Program-made: the position numbers and the translations under genes | Notes under the pieces: model-generated | What the model was told of the DNA's origin: nothing | What the model saw: the letters and a program-made list of their open reading frames with translations, nothing else | Databases searched by the model: none | Shown here: one piece after another, positions 35,998 to 46,306 of the stretch | Numbering within the stretch: position 1 is the first letter of the stretch | Layout: every line of letters begins with the position of its first letter | Assembly: GCA_045541035.1 (NCBI GenBank) | Contig: JAZQII010000057.1 | Coordinates: 708 to 64,707 of the forward strand | Length of the DNA stretch: 64,000 nt | Direction of reading: 5' to 3' | Source of the DNA: Clostridia bacterium | GTDB lineage: Bacteria; Bacillota; Clostridia; Christensenellales; QALW01

Positions 35998-37096
35998 AGC
36001 CAATAACTCATTTTTAATGAAAGAGCAAAACAGTTCACACGTTTTGCGCCTGATAAGAAAAGAGCCTATATCACGAGCCGAAATTGCCCGACAGACGGGA
36101 CTTACAAGATCGGCAGTTTCGGTAATCGTTGACAGACTTTTAGAAGAAAATCTGATTTTTGAGGGAACGGCGGTAAAATCTTCTAACGGCAGACGGCCTA
36201 CTTTACTCCACCTTAACGTTGAATCTTTTTACGCTTACGGAATAGATATCACCCGTGACGGCTGTACTTTGTGCGTCTGTGATTTTTCGGGAAAACTTAT
36301 AGAAAAAGAATTTATAAACTTTTTATCGACAGAAGAGGAAACTCTCAATCTTATAGAAAACAGTTTTCAAAAAATCAAAAAAGAAAACGTTTTAGGCGTG
36401 GGAATTTCCGCGCCCGGACCTATAGATAAGGAAAAAGGCTTGATCCTTGATCCGCCCAACCTTAAACTTTTTAAAAATTTCAACATAAAAGAGAAAATAG
36501 AAAAAAGGCTTGGTCTTCCCGTATTTTTTGAAAAAGATACCAATGCCCTTGCTCTACTTGAAAAAAGCAAAAGTGAAAACGATAATTTTTTGTACTTGCT
36601 TGCCGACCATGGGCTTGGCGGTGCCCTTATTAAAAACGGTGCATTATTTAAAGGTCATAACGGCGCAGGCTGTGAGATCGGTCACGTTTCGTTAAGTTTT
36701 CAAGGGGAAAAATGTTCCTGCGGAAACGTAGGTTGTGCCAGCCTTTATACCTCCATCGGCCGCACGCTGAAATCAGCAGGAAAAAGCGACTATAAAGATC
36801 TGTGTTTTTGGGCAAGTCAAGGTGAAACGGCTTCACTTAATGCAATAAAATATCAAGGTGAAATGTTATCCCACGCTTTAATTACCTTCGTAAATCTAAT
36901 GGAGCCTGAAAAAATAATTTTAGGCGGTCAATTAAAAGAGGGCATTGCTTTTTTGAAACCGATAATCGAAGAAAATTTAAAAAAACATGCTTTTACCCGT
37001 TCAACGCACAGTATTTCTGTTGAAGAATCTTTCATTGACGACCGAGCATGTGCTCCTGCAAACATGGTGCTTGAAGACTATTTTATGAAAGGATAA
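35990..37096 (+). CDS. ROK family transcriptional regulator
   Basis: The N-terminal wHTH (ISRAEIARQTGLTRSAVSVIVDRL) is followed by a ROK sugar-kinase fold with the Zn motif GHVS...CSCGNVGC. The start could also be at 35975. Confidence 0.75.
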   Translation: MTKANNSFLMKEQNSSHVLRLIRKEPISRAEIARQTGLTRSAVSVIVDRLLEENLIFEGTAVKSSNGRRPTLLHLNVESFYAYGIDITRDGCTLCVCDFSGKLIEKEFINFLSTEEETLNLIENSFQKIKKENVLGVGISAPGPIDKEKGLILDPPNLKLFKNFNIKEKIEKRLGLPVFFEKDTNALALLEKSKSENDNFLYLLADHGLGGALIKNGALFKGHNGAGCEIGHVSLSFQGEKCSCGNVGCASLYTSIGRTLKSAGKSDYKDLCFWASQGETASLNAIKYQGEMLSHALITFVNLMEPEKIILGGQLKEGIAFLKPIIEENLKKHAFTRSTHSISVEESFIDDRACAPANMVLEDYFMKG

Positions 37097-37101
37097 TCTG
37101 T

Positions 37102-37860
37102 ATGAAAATTTTAAAAGACCACTCAAAAAGAAAAATTACCGCCGCCATTTTTGATTTTGACGGCACGATCTCCACTTTAAGGTGCGGTTGGGAAACCGTT
37201 ATGGGGCCCATGATGGAAGAATATCTTTCAAAAACCGAAAACGTTAAAGAAAAAGTTGCAAAATTCATTGATCAATCAACGGGTATACAAACTATTCTTC
37301 AAATGAAATGGCTTAGTGAGCAGGTTGCTTTGCAAGGTGATACTCCGCTTGATCCCTGGGAATATAAGGCAGAATATAACCGCCGACTTATGGAAAGCGT
37401 TATGAAAAAACGAGAACTTGCCTTAAACGGCGAAAGAGAAAAGTTTTTAATAAAGGGTGCTGAAGATTTTCTTAAAGCACTTAAAGAAAAAGGTATAAAA
37501 CTTTATGCCGCCAGCGGTACCGATGATTCTGACGTTAAAAAAGAAGCCGAAGTTTTAGGCGTTAAACACTACTTTGATTCCATTGAAGGTGCAAAACCCT
37601 TTTCCGAAGATTGTTCAAAGGAAGCAACCATAAAAGAACTTATGAAAAATTACAAAGGTGATGAACTTTTGGTTGTTGGCGACGGGCCCGTTGAAATTCG
37701 CCTTGGTAACGTTGCAGGCGCACTTACATTGGGCATCTGCGCCAGCGAAAAAAATCTTTGCGGATGGGATGAAACAAAGGTTGCGCGTCTTACAAAAGCC
37801 GATGCTCACGCGCTTGTTGATGAATTTAACAAAGAAATCTTTTCTTGGATGGAGGAATAA
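37102..37860 (+). CDS. HAD-superfamily hydrolase (phosphatase)
   Basis: Motif I AAIFDFDGT and motif IV VVGDGPVE. Confidence 0.7.
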   Translation: MKILKDHSKRKITAAIFDFDGTISTLRCGWETVMGPMMEEYLSKTENVKEKVAKFIDQSTGIQTILQMKWLSEQVALQGDTPLDPWEYKAEYNRRLMESVMKKRELALNGEREKFLIKGAEDFLKALKEKGIKLYAASGTDDSDVKKEAEVLGVKHYFDSIEGAKPFSEDCSKEATIKELMKNYKGDELLVVGDGPVEIRLGNVAGALTLGICASEKNLCGWDETKVARLTKADAHALVDEFNKEIFSWMEE

Positions 37861-37862
37861 AA

Positions 37863-38843
37863 ATGGATAACAGATTTTCAGGTGAAGGCAGAAGCCTTCA
37901 ATTAGATTTTTCTCAGATCAAAACTTACGATGCAAATATCAGAACCAACCTTGTTACTATTGAAAATCTTATGGTGCCCGGTGTAACACCCCACGAAGAA
38001 TTTTCTGAAGACGGTTTTTCTGAACTTATTGAACGCATTAAAGAGGCACGAAAAAACGGACGCCCCGTAATATGGTCAATGGGCGCCCACGTTATAAAAA
38101 ACAGACTTTCCCGTTATATTATTGAACTTATCAAAATGGGTATTATAACCCACGTTGCTTCCAACGGTGCAGGAAGTATTCACGATTTTGAACTTGCCTA
38201 TTTGGGCGGAACAAGTGAAGACGTGCCTACCGCCATTGAAGACGGCTCTTTCGGTATGTGGGAGCAGACGGGGGCTTGGATGAACGAAGCATTAAAACTT
38301 GGTGCAAAAGAAAATTTAGGCTACGGAGAATCTTTAGGAAAATATATTTTTGAAAATCCCGAAAAATTCCCCTATCGCGAAGACTGCATACTTTATCAGT
38401 GCTATATAAACAACATTCCCTGCTCCTATCACATTGCATTGGGCACGGATATTATCCATCAGCACCCCACCTGCGATATGTCGGTAATCGGAAAATGTTC
38501 AGGTATTGATTTTAAGAAGATGTGCGCTTCAGTTGCTCAACTTGACGGCGGTGTTTTCCTGAATTTCGGCTCTGCCGTTATCGGTGCAGAAGTTTTCCTT
38601 AAGGCGCTTTCCATTGCAAGAAATTTAGGTTATCCTACCTTTAAGATAACGACTGCTAACTTTGATCTTATAAATTTAGGTGATTACCGCTGCAAAATCG
38701 GCTACGAAGATCCCAATTATTACTACCGTCCAAGAAAAAATATTGTAAACCGTCCCACAAGCCAAGGCGGAAAAGGCTGGCACTTTAATGGGGATCATCA
38801 GATAACCATTCCTACTTTATATGCCAAAATAAAGGGAGAATAA
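37863..38843 (+). CDS. deoxyhypusine-synthase-like family protein (low-confidence family call)
   Basis: SD GGAGGA precedes the ATG at 37863. WSMGAHVIKNRLSRYIIELIKMGIITHVASNGAGSIHDFELA parallels the DHS segment ...G.R..I.YLV....VDVLVTTAGG.EED.... Confidence 0.35.
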   Translation: MDNRFSGEGRSLQLDFSQIKTYDANIRTNLVTIENLMVPGVTPHEEFSEDGFSELIERIKEARKNGRPVIWSMGAHVIKNRLSRYIIELIKMGIITHVASNGAGSIHDFELAYLGGTSEDVPTAIEDGSFGMWEQTGAWMNEALKLGAKENLGYGESLGKYIFENPEKFPYREDCILYQCYINNIPCSYHIALGTDIIHQHPTCDMSVIGKCSGIDFKKMCASVAQLDGGVFLNFGSAVIGAEVFLKALSIARNLGYPTFKITTANFDLINLGDYRCKIGYEDPNYYYRPRKNIVNRPTSQGGKGWHFNGDHQITIPTLYAKIKGE

Positions 38844-38845
38844 AC

Positions 38846-39370
38846 ATGACTAATCTTAAAAAACTTGTTTTATCGGCAATGTTTATTGCAATAGGAATCG
38901 TTCTTCCCTTTTTTACGGGGCAGATTCCCGAAATAGGAAACATGCTTCTTCCTATGCACATTCCCGTTTTTCTGTGCGGACTTATCTGCTCCTGGCAATA
39001 CGGCGCATTGGTTGGATTTATTTTGCCCCTGTTACGCTCAATGATTTTTACCATGCCGCCTATGTACCCCAAAGCAATTGCCATGGCTTTTGAACTTTGT
39101 GCTTACGGTTTTATAGTGGGACTTATTTATTCAAAATCAAAAAAGCAGAATCTTTTATGGCTTTATATAAGTATGATTTCAGCAATGGTCGGCGGAAGAA
39201 TTATCTGGGGAATCGTTCAGACTGTTCTTTTAGGTTTTGGCAAAAATCCTTTTACTTTTACCGCATTTATTACGTCAGGATTTATTGAGGCTATTCCCGG
39301 AATAATACTTCAACTTCTACTTATTCCGTCAATAATGCTTTTAATAAAGAAAACTAAATTAAAAGTATAA
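38846..39370 (+). CDS. ECF-transporter S (substrate-capture) component-like membrane protein
   Basis: About 6 TM segments in 174 aa. The N-terminal LVLSAMFIAIGIVLPFF is typical of ECF S components. No EcfA or EcfT is adjacent. Confidence 0.5.
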   Translation: MTNLKKLVLSAMFIAIGIVLPFFTGQIPEIGNMLLPMHIPVFLCGLICSWQYGALVGFILPLLRSMIFTMPPMYPKAIAMAFELCAYGFIVGLIYSKSKKQNLLWLYISMISAMVGGRIIWGIVQTVLLGFGKNPFTFTAFITSGFIEAIPGIILQLLLIPSIMLLIKKTKLKV

Positions 39371-39374
39371 AAAA

Positions 39375-39405
39375 AGCGCACTTGAAAAATCAAGTGCGCT
39401 TTTTG
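39375..39405. terminator. bidirectional intrinsic terminator
   Basis: AGCGCACTTGA-aaaa-TCAAGTGCGCT flanked by A and T runs. Confidence 0.8.
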
Positions 39406-39408
39406 TTA

Positions 39409-42400
39409 TTACTTATTCTCGTTTTTCTTTCTTAACTTAACTGTGAAAACGATTCCGCCCGAAACGAACAGAAGTGCTGTCCACATAAGAAGTGTTCCGC
39501 CATCGCCGGTAGGTTTAGGTTCATCATAGCCGGGGGTGGGTGTAGGCTTCGGTGTGGGAGTTGGAGTGGGTGTAGGCGCTACGGGAGTAGGTGTGGGCGT
39601 AGGCTTAGTATATTTATTGGTAAATACTACGCTTGTATCTGCTGCACCGTTAATGAGAACATCAGCCTTAAGCGCGCCATCCTCATCAGTTACCGTGATC
39701 TCAACTGTATATTCAGTTGTATCATAGGTGATCTGTGCATCTGTGCCCTTCTTTTCCTTAATTACGTAATTGAAGGTGCCTTCTTCATCAAAGGTAAGTT
39801 CAAACTTAAATGCTTTGTCTTCGTTTCTTACAGTTTGTTTAAGTTCAGGAGTTCCGTTGATTACCTGATAAAGTTCAAATTCAAATACGTCCTCAGAAGT
39901 GATATCTCTGTTTTCAAGTTTCTTTTCGCCTTCAATAACAACTGTTGCATCAAGAGCATCATAAACGTTATTGAAAACTATATCGTCATCTGTTCCGTTA
40001 ACTATTTCCTCACCGTCTTTATAGATAGTGCGTGAAACTTCTTTAAGTTTACCGGTTGTATGATCATCCTCAACAACGATAGTTACGCCGTAAACAGTTT
40101 CATCATAATTCATACCGCCAAGTTTAGTATTTTCTTCAACGATATGATAATGATATGTGCCTGCAGCAAAGATCTTATCGGTCTTGAAGGTAAGTTTTTC
40201 GCCCATTGCGCCATCAACAGTATTGGAAATTTCCTTATATCCGTGGTTAACGTCAATTAAGCGGAACTTGAACTCGCCTGCCTTCATTTCTCTGCCAACA
40301 ATGCTCTTGAAAAGACTTATTTCAAGTTCAATGGGATCTGCCGCATAACTGTTATTAAAGATGATTGCCGCCTGCTGACCGTTCTGTGTGATTTCATAGG
40401 ATGCGTGAAGCTGACCGACTTTATCATCAACAACCGTTACGGTAATATCGTAAACTGCGCTGTCATAGGTAACGCCGTTAATGGTTGCGCCGCCGTTCTT
40501 TTCTCTTATGGTGTACTTATAAATACCTGCCTCATCATAAGTAAAGGTGTGGCTGATCTTGTTACCGCGGTTAAATACCGAAGTTTCATTTCTGTCCTCA
40601 TCAGTGATGATGAATTCAAAATCACCTGTTTGAAGATCCTTGCCACCTGCAAGATTCTTTATGCCTTCAATGGTAACAGAAACCTCTTCTGCCTCATAGG
40701 TATTGTTGAACACGATATTATCGTTGCCCGTAAGGCCGGTTATCTGAAGTTCACCTGAAACGTCTTCAACAGTAACGTCAACGTAATGTACGGTTCTATC
40801 AAAGGTTACACCCTTTTCAACGGGATAAACGTGGTGTTCAACAACCGCGTAACGACGAACACCGGGCTGAACGTAAGCGATTGGATCAAAGGTGAATGCA
40901 CCGCCTGCAAGGTTAGTTGTGCTCATAAGCCATTTATCGTTTTCAGGGTTAAACTGATTACCCTGAACAAGATAAAGATCAAAAGTGAACTCGCCTGCTT
41001 TCAGTTCTCTGCCCTGAAGATTCTTGACGCCGTTAATGACAAGCTGTGTACTTGTGGGTTTATAAACATTTACAAATTCAGGTGTTGTAACGTTTTGACC
41101 GTTTGCATCTTCCATTGCAACCGTTGCATCAATGGTGCCTTCTGTGGTATCAAAGAGTGTTATCTTAACCTTATAGGTTTTCGTATCGTATTCCATACCT
41201 CTGATACCGGTATCTATTTCTGCCAATACGTATTCATATTCTGCTTTACCCTCGATAAAATCAAGAGCTGAGAATTTAATTGTGATTTCAGCATTACCGT
41301 TTGCATCAGTTGCAGTTGACTCAACAATAGGATCGGTAAGCTCGGAGGGATCGTAAAGTGCAAACTCAAAACCGCGTGAAGTAAAGGAATTGCCTAAATT
41401 GCTGATAAGCTTCTTAACGGGAATTTCAACCGTTACGCTGCCCGTAGGTGCATAAGCGTTATCAAAGGTCATGCTTACTGTGTAAACATCATCGGGATTT
41501 TCCGTTACAACTGTTCTTAAAACATTCTCAACGTTTGCGATCTCAAGATATCCGTCCATATCAGTATCGGTTACCGTTACGCTGAAACGACGTGCATAAA
41601 CGTCATAAGTGATACCCTTATCAGAGGGGCCCTTAACCTCAGTTATATAATAGTTATAAGTGCCAACCTCATTAAACACTTCGTTTGTAAGATCGAAAAT
41701 TTCATAATAACCGTTATTTGAGGAAGCATCCTTATTTGTTACGGTTACCTGACCGATCTTATTATAATCAATGGTTGCACCGTTAACGTCCATACGGAAT
41801 ATCTCAAAAGAGAATGCGTCGGTATCTTTCCATGCTCTGCCTGAGAGAGCCTTGATAATCTGAACGTTTACCTGACCGTCTTCAGGACTTACGGGCTGTG
41901 CGGTATACTCGTTAACAAGTATTGCGTGTGCATTTACATTTGCATCAATTACACCGGTAAGTGCTCTGCTTACGTTTTCGTTAAGATCAAAGCCTGCAGG
42001 AAGATTTATTTCCGTTACCTTATAAGTGGTATCTTCGGGAATATCTCTTACAGTTACCGTTTCATCCTTTTTAAGTTCAACGGTAAATGCGCCGTTTCCA
42101 TCGGTAGTAACAGTTGAAAGACCGTTATTTTTAACGATAGTAAAGGTCTTGTTATTTACAAGGTCGCTCTTTACGTTTGCAAGTTCAACCTTCGCAGTAA
42201 ATGTAATATTATCGGGAACCTGATAATTTGTGCCGTAGGGATGATTTACGTTCTTTGTGATAAGAAGATTTCCTGATACTCTTGCAGTATTAAGGAAGTC
42301 AACATCCTCTAAAGCAAAACCTTTTACCGTGCCTGCTGCGGCAACTACTGCCTGACCGTTAATATGAACTGTCTTTACTTTATAATCTTCACTGTCAACT

Positions 42401-45138
42401 TCCGTAACGGTATAAGCCATACCGTCGGAAAGACCTGTAATATAAAGAGTTTTGCCACCGGGAACAGTTACGGTTGCCTTGCCGTCATTAAAGGTTACGG
42501 TGCCTTCTTCGCCTAAAGTTTCATCAATGTTTGCAAGAACCGTATTAAAGGTTCCGTTTACGTTAGCGCCCGTTGCATCCTTAAGAGTTAAGGTGAACCG
42601 GAAGTTATTGCTTGCGCCCGTAACAACATCATCAACAAGTTTTGTAATCTTGATGCCCGTTGCGGGAACAAGAGTAATTCTGCCGTTATTACCAAGCTTG
42701 ATATCAACGTTGATAGTGTCGTTTTCGGCAACAACGAAGGGATATGCATAGTAGCCTAATGATTCTGTTAAATTCTGTGCTTTTTCAACGTGATATTCAT
42801 CATAATATCTGTAAACGGTGCCCATTGGGATAACCCACATATTTGCAACGTCATCATAAACTGCTTTCTGCAAAGATTCCTTTGAGATCTGCTCATAATA
42901 TTCTTCAACGCCATTGGGGGTAAAAATATATCTCCCGTGATAATAAGTGCCGTTTACGTTGATTGTTGCATTTCTGTCAGTAATCTTTGTGTCAAGACTT
43001 CTTGAGGTAAGTATGGGAGTGTTTTCTGTGTAATAGTATTTTTCGTTCTGTGCTGAGGGTGAGAACTCAACAAGTGTGCCGTAATGCTTGGAGTGATCGG
43101 ACATATCAGGTGTGGTATCTGTTGACATATCGAACCAGTTGGTCCAGAAAACTCTTGAGCCGTCAGCCTGAACGTGTTTCTGATTAAGAATACTTGATAC
43201 GCTCAATTCATTAACGCTATCCCTGAGACCAACCTCATAAAGAAGACGAACGGGCTGAACAGTTCTGTCTGCAACGTCAAGACGAACGTTTGTGGCATCG
43301 GGAATGCTTGCACCGTCAAACTCAACCTCATAGGTAAGCATAGGAATAAGTGCTGCGGGGATCTTCCAGATAAGTGCTGATTCACCGTTCTGAATATTGG
43401 TGTGAACCTGAATGGACATATACATCATATCGCTATCCTTGATGCTGCCCGTGGTTTCGCCTAAAAGACCGTAGGATTTATTCTTATAAACTGCATTTGC
43501 AGGAGCCTGTGTTGTTCCTTCATTATAGAAGCCTAAAAATCTATCGTTGGCATCAGCATACCAGCCGATATAGTTTGAGAATTCGCCGGTTGCACTGTCA
43601 TAAGCCTTAAGCTGACCTGCATCAAATGCCTTGCGGATAAGATCGATAGCCGTCTGAAGATCGTTAATTCCAAGACGTTTCATAACCGCACCGATAAACT
43701 GATCGCCTAAATCAGAGGGATTCTCAATGCTTCCTAAACCACCCTGACTGTTTGTATTAAGCTTTGATGCAAACATATGACCGTCAAAAAGGGTCTCGTG
43801 CAAAAGGATACCTTTAATATCCTTAACTTCCATATATTCGCCGATCTTATCGGTAAAGGTTATGTAGCCGCCGATTTCGGGGTTATTGGTTTCAACGTGT
43901 GTTGCGTAGTATTTTGACTGAAGAATAATTCTTGCAACAATGCTTTCAAAGGCATCCTGAAGACCTTGTTCGCCCGTTGCGGCAAAATATTCGTTTACAT
44001 ATTCAAGACTTGTAACCTCGTTCTTACCTGATAAACGCGTTACTGAGAATGAACCTAAATTAAACGTATCGCCTTTATCTCTTGAAAGATAGGTATTTGC
44101 GTAACCGCGGAAGGTTGCGTTCATATTTGAAGGATCAAGAAGATTCTGTGCAAGGGACTGATTTGAGTTTCCGTTAAGATTATAACCAAGGGTATAGAAA
44201 AGCATCTCGTTTTCATAGTGAGTTGTTACCATTGCCTTGGTGTATGCCGCAGTAAGCATAGTGCGGAAAGTGTTCTTTTCGTTCTCTCTCAGATCGTTAT
44301 TTCTGCCGTTCTGAGTGGGTGCGGTATAACTTGTGTTATGTGAATATGAAGGTGCACCGTCAGACATAAGAACCATAATGGGAATTCTGTTTGTTCCGCC
44401 CTGGATCTGACCGCTGGAAATCTCCGGTTCAGCATTTAAAAGTTCCTGACCGCCAAGATAGATACCGCCCTGAGTGTAAGTACCTTGAGCCTGAGCAACG
44501 TATCTTTGGTTTACGCTATCACCGTCAGCATCCTTAACGCCATCGGCAATATAGATTCTGTTTGTGCTGCTTACTCTTCTGTAAGTAAGGAAATCACCGT
44601 TTGCATTGGTGGCTTCATATCTGCCAAGAGGAAGAAGCACGCTTGAAGTGCCTGAATATACGATAACGCCGACACGGTTATGGTTGTTAAGACCGATAAG
44701 GGTTTTAATAGCGTTATTTGCACCTGATACCATATCATCAATCGACGTGCCCGTTCCGCTTCCCGTACCCATACTTGTGGAAGCATCAAGAACAATGATT
44801 GTATCTGTGGGAATATATGAGTATCCAACAATTTCTTTATTTGCCGCCATTGCAGAAAGAGCAACAATAAAGTTCTTATCGCCATCCTTCATCGTAACGT
44901 TTGAGGGGAAATTGCTTGTGTTTGTGAACACTGATTTATCAGCCCATACACCGCCTGCATTAACAGTTGAAAGATTGGTTAAATCAAAAACGTTCTTCCA
45001 ACCGTCAAGCTTATGTGCATCAACAACTCTGTCATAACTTGATGCCGCTGCAACGCTTGAAAAAGCAAGTGGCACAAGTGAAAGAACAAGTGCGATACAA
45101 AGCATCAAACTAACTAATTTTTTGCCGTATTTTTTCAT
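39409..45138 (-). CDS. giant cell-surface adhesin: signal peptide, vWA domain, many pilin-isopeptide/Cna-B-like repeats, PT linker, sorting-signal-like C-terminus
   Basis: MIDAS-like VLDASTSMG. Recurrent GxFxFxL ... GxYxYxIxE domain motifs (GEFTFDLYL, YKYTIREKNG, YHYHIVEENT, FNYVIKEKKG). The C-terminus is PKPTGDGG plus a hydrophobic span plus RKKNENK. Confidence 0.8.
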   Translation of the reverse strand: MKKYGKKLVSLMLCIALVLSLVPLAFSSVAAASSYDRVVDAHKLDGWKNVFDLTNLSTVNAGGVWADKSVFTNTSNFPSNVTMKDGDKNFIVALSAMAANKEIVGYSYIPTDTIIVLDASTSMGTGSGTGTSIDDMVSGANNAIKTLIGLNNHNRVGVIVYSGTSSVLLPLGRYEATNANGDFLTYRRVSSTNRIYIADGVKDADGDSVNQRYVAQAQGTYTQGGIYLGGQELLNAEPEISSGQIQGGTNRIPIMVLMSDGAPSYSHNTSYTAPTQNGRNNDLRENEKNTFRTMLTAAYTKAMVTTHYENEMLFYTLGYNLNGNSNQSLAQNLLDPSNMNATFRGYANTYLSRDKGDTFNLGSFSVTRLSGKNEVTSLEYVNEYFAATGEQGLQDAFESIVARIILQSKYYATHVETNNPEIGGYITFTDKIGEYMEVKDIKGILLHETLFDGHMFASKLNTNSQGGLGSIENPSDLGDQFIGAVMKRLGINDLQTAIDLIRKAFDAGQLKAYDSATGEFSNYIGWYADANDRFLGFYNEGTTQAPANAVYKNKSYGLLGETTGSIKDSDMMYMSIQVHTNIQNGESALIWKIPAALIPMLTYEVEFDGASIPDATNVRLDVADRTVQPVRLLYEVGLRDSVNELSVSSILNQKHVQADGSRVFWTNWFDMSTDTTPDMSDHSKHYGTLVEFSPSAQNEKYYYTENTPILTSRSLDTKITDRNATINVNGTYYHGRYIFTPNGVEEYYEQISKESLQKAVYDDVANMWVIPMGTVYRYYDEYHVEKAQNLTESLGYYAYPFVVAENDTINVDIKLGNNGRITLVPATGIKITKLVDDVVTGASNNFRFTLTLKDATGANVNGTFNTVLANIDETLGEEGTVTFNDGKATVTVPGGKTLYITGLSDGMAYTVTEVDSEDYKVKTVHINGQAVVAAAGTVKGFALEDVDFLNTARVSGNLLITKNVNHPYGTNYQVPDNITFTAKVELANVKSDLVNNKTFTIVKNNGLSTVTTDGNGAFTVELKKDETVTVRDIPEDTTYKVTEINLPAGFDLNENVSRALTGVIDANVNAHAILVNEYTAQPVSPEDGQVNVQIIKALSGRAWKDTDAFSFEIFRMDVNGATIDYNKIGQVTVTNKDASSNNGYYEIFDLTNEVFNEVGTYNYYITEVKGPSDKGITYDVYARRFSVTVTDTDMDGYLEIANVENVLRTVVTENPDDVYTVSMTFDNAYAPTGSVTVEIPVKKLISNLGNSFTSRGFEFALYDPSELTDPIVESTATDANGNAEITIKFSALDFIEGKAEYEYVLAEIDTGIRGMEYDTKTYKVKITLFDTTEGTIDATVAMEDANGQNVTTPEFVNVYKPTSTQLVINGVKNLQGRELKAGEFTFDLYLVQGNQFNPENDKWLMSTTNLAGGAFTFDPIAYVQPGVRRYAVVEHHVYPVEKGVTFDRTVHYVDVTVEDVSGELQITGLTGNDNIVFNNTYEAEEVSVTIEGIKNLAGGKDLQTGDFEFIITDEDRNETSVFNRGNKISHTFTYDEAGIYKYTIREKNGGATINGVTYDSAVYDITVTVVDDKVGQLHASYEITQNGQQAAIIFNNSYAADPIELEISLFKSIVGREMKAGEFKFRLIDVNHGYKEISNTVDGAMGEKLTFKTDKIFAAGTYHYHIVEENTKLGGMNYDETVYGVTIVVEDDHTTGKLKEVSRTIYKDGEEIVNGTDDDIVFNNVYDALDATVVIEGEKKLENRDITSEDVFEFELYQVINGTPELKQTVRNEDKAFKFELTFDEEGTFNYVIKEKKGTDAQITYDTTEYTVEITVTDEDGALKADVLINGAADTSVVFTNKYTKPTPTPTPVAPTPTPTPTPKPTPTPGYDEPKPTGDGGTLLMWTALLFVSGGIVFTVKLRKKNENK

Positions 45139-45219
45139 AAAACGACCTCCTTTAAAGAAAAATACGTATATATAAAGCTCCTATTAACCTGATAATACGG
45201 GGCAGTATTACACACTAAT

Positions 45220-45249
45220 ATTATAAACGTTTTTTGTCCTAATTGTCAA
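45220..45249 (-). promoter_or_regulatory. promoter of the adhesin gene
   Basis: On the minus strand: TTGACA (45244-45249), 18-nt spacer, TATAAT (45220-45225). Confidence 0.5.
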
Positions 45250-45306
45250 CACTTATGTTATATATAATATAAAAAATTTTTATATATCGAAATTTCACAA
45301 AATCAG

Positions 45307-45335
45307 TTGCAAATTAAATAATTTTATCTTATAAT
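45307..45335 (+). promoter_or_regulatory. fba promoter
   Basis: TTGCAA, 17-nt spacer, TATAAT. Confidence 0.6.
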
Positions 45336-45371
45336 ATAGGCAGAAAATAAATCTTCGGAGGTAAATATATT

Positions 45372-46235
45372 ATGTTAGTTTCTGCAAAAGAAATGCTGAA
45401 CAAGGCTAAAGCAGGCAAGTATGCAGTTGGTCAGTTCAACATCAACAATCTTGAATGGACAAAGGCTATTCTTCTTACTGCACAGGAAAACAATTCACCT
45501 GTTATTTTAGGTGTTTCCGAGGGTGCAGGCAAGTATATGTGCGGCTACAACACAGTAGTTGGTATGGTTAAGGGTATGATCGAAACTCTTAACATCACCG
45601 TTCCCGTTGCGCTTCACCTTGATCACGGTAGTTACGAAGGTGCTTACAAGGCAATGGAAGCAGGTTTTTCTTCAGTAATGTTTGACGGTTCACACTACGA
45701 TATTGAAGAAAATATCGAGAAAACAAAGCAGATCATCAAAGATGCCAACGCTAAGGGCATTTCCGTTGAAGCAGAAGTTGGCGCTATCGGCGGCGAAGAA
45801 GACGGCGTTGTTGGCGGCGGCGAGGTTGCTGATCCCAACGAATGCAAAATGATCGCTGATCTCGGTGTTACAATGCTTGCAGCAGGTATCGGTAACATTC
45901 ACGGCAAATATCCCGCAAATTGGGCAGGCTTAAGTTTTGATACTTTAGATGCTATCCAGGCTTTAACAGGTGATATGCCCCTCGTTCTTCACGGTGGCAC
46001 GGGAATTCCTGCCGATATGATCAAAAAGGCAATCTCCCTTGGCGTTTCAAAGATCAACGTTAACACAGAATGTCAGCTTGCTTTCCAGGAAGCAACAAGA
46101 AAATACATCGAAGCAGGCAAAGACCTTGAAGGCAAGGGCTTCGATCCCAGAAAGCTTCTTGCTCCCGGCGTTGAAGCAATTAAGGCAACAGTTAAAGAAA
46201 AGATGGAACTTTTCGGTTCAATCAACAAAGCATAA
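45372..46235 (+). CDS. fba: class II fructose-1,6-bisphosphate aldolase
   Basis: MLVSAKEMLNKAKAGKYAVGQFNINNLEW..., LHLDHG and the HG..G motifs are typical of class II FBA. Confidence 0.9.
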   Translation: MLVSAKEMLNKAKAGKYAVGQFNINNLEWTKAILLTAQENNSPVILGVSEGAGKYMCGYNTVVGMVKGMIETLNITVPVALHLDHGSYEGAYKAMEAGFSSVMFDGSHYDIEENIEKTKQIIKDANAKGISVEAEVGAIGGEEDGVVGGGEVADPNECKMIADLGVTMLAAGIGNIHGKYPANWAGLSFDTLDAIQALTGDMPLVLHGGTGIPADMIKKAISLGVSKINVNTECQLAFQEATRKYIEAGKDLEGKGFDPRKLLAPGVEAIKATVKEKMELFGSINKA

Positions 46236-46241
46236 AAAATT

Positions 46242-46276
46242 AAGATCCGATGCCTTTGACATCGGATCTTTTTTTA
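46242..46276 (+). terminator. intrinsic terminator
   Basis: AAGATCCGAT-N9-ATCGGATCTT followed by T6. Confidence 0.8.
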
Positions 46277-46306
46277 TATAAAATTTCTTATTTTAATATG
46301 CCGTTT

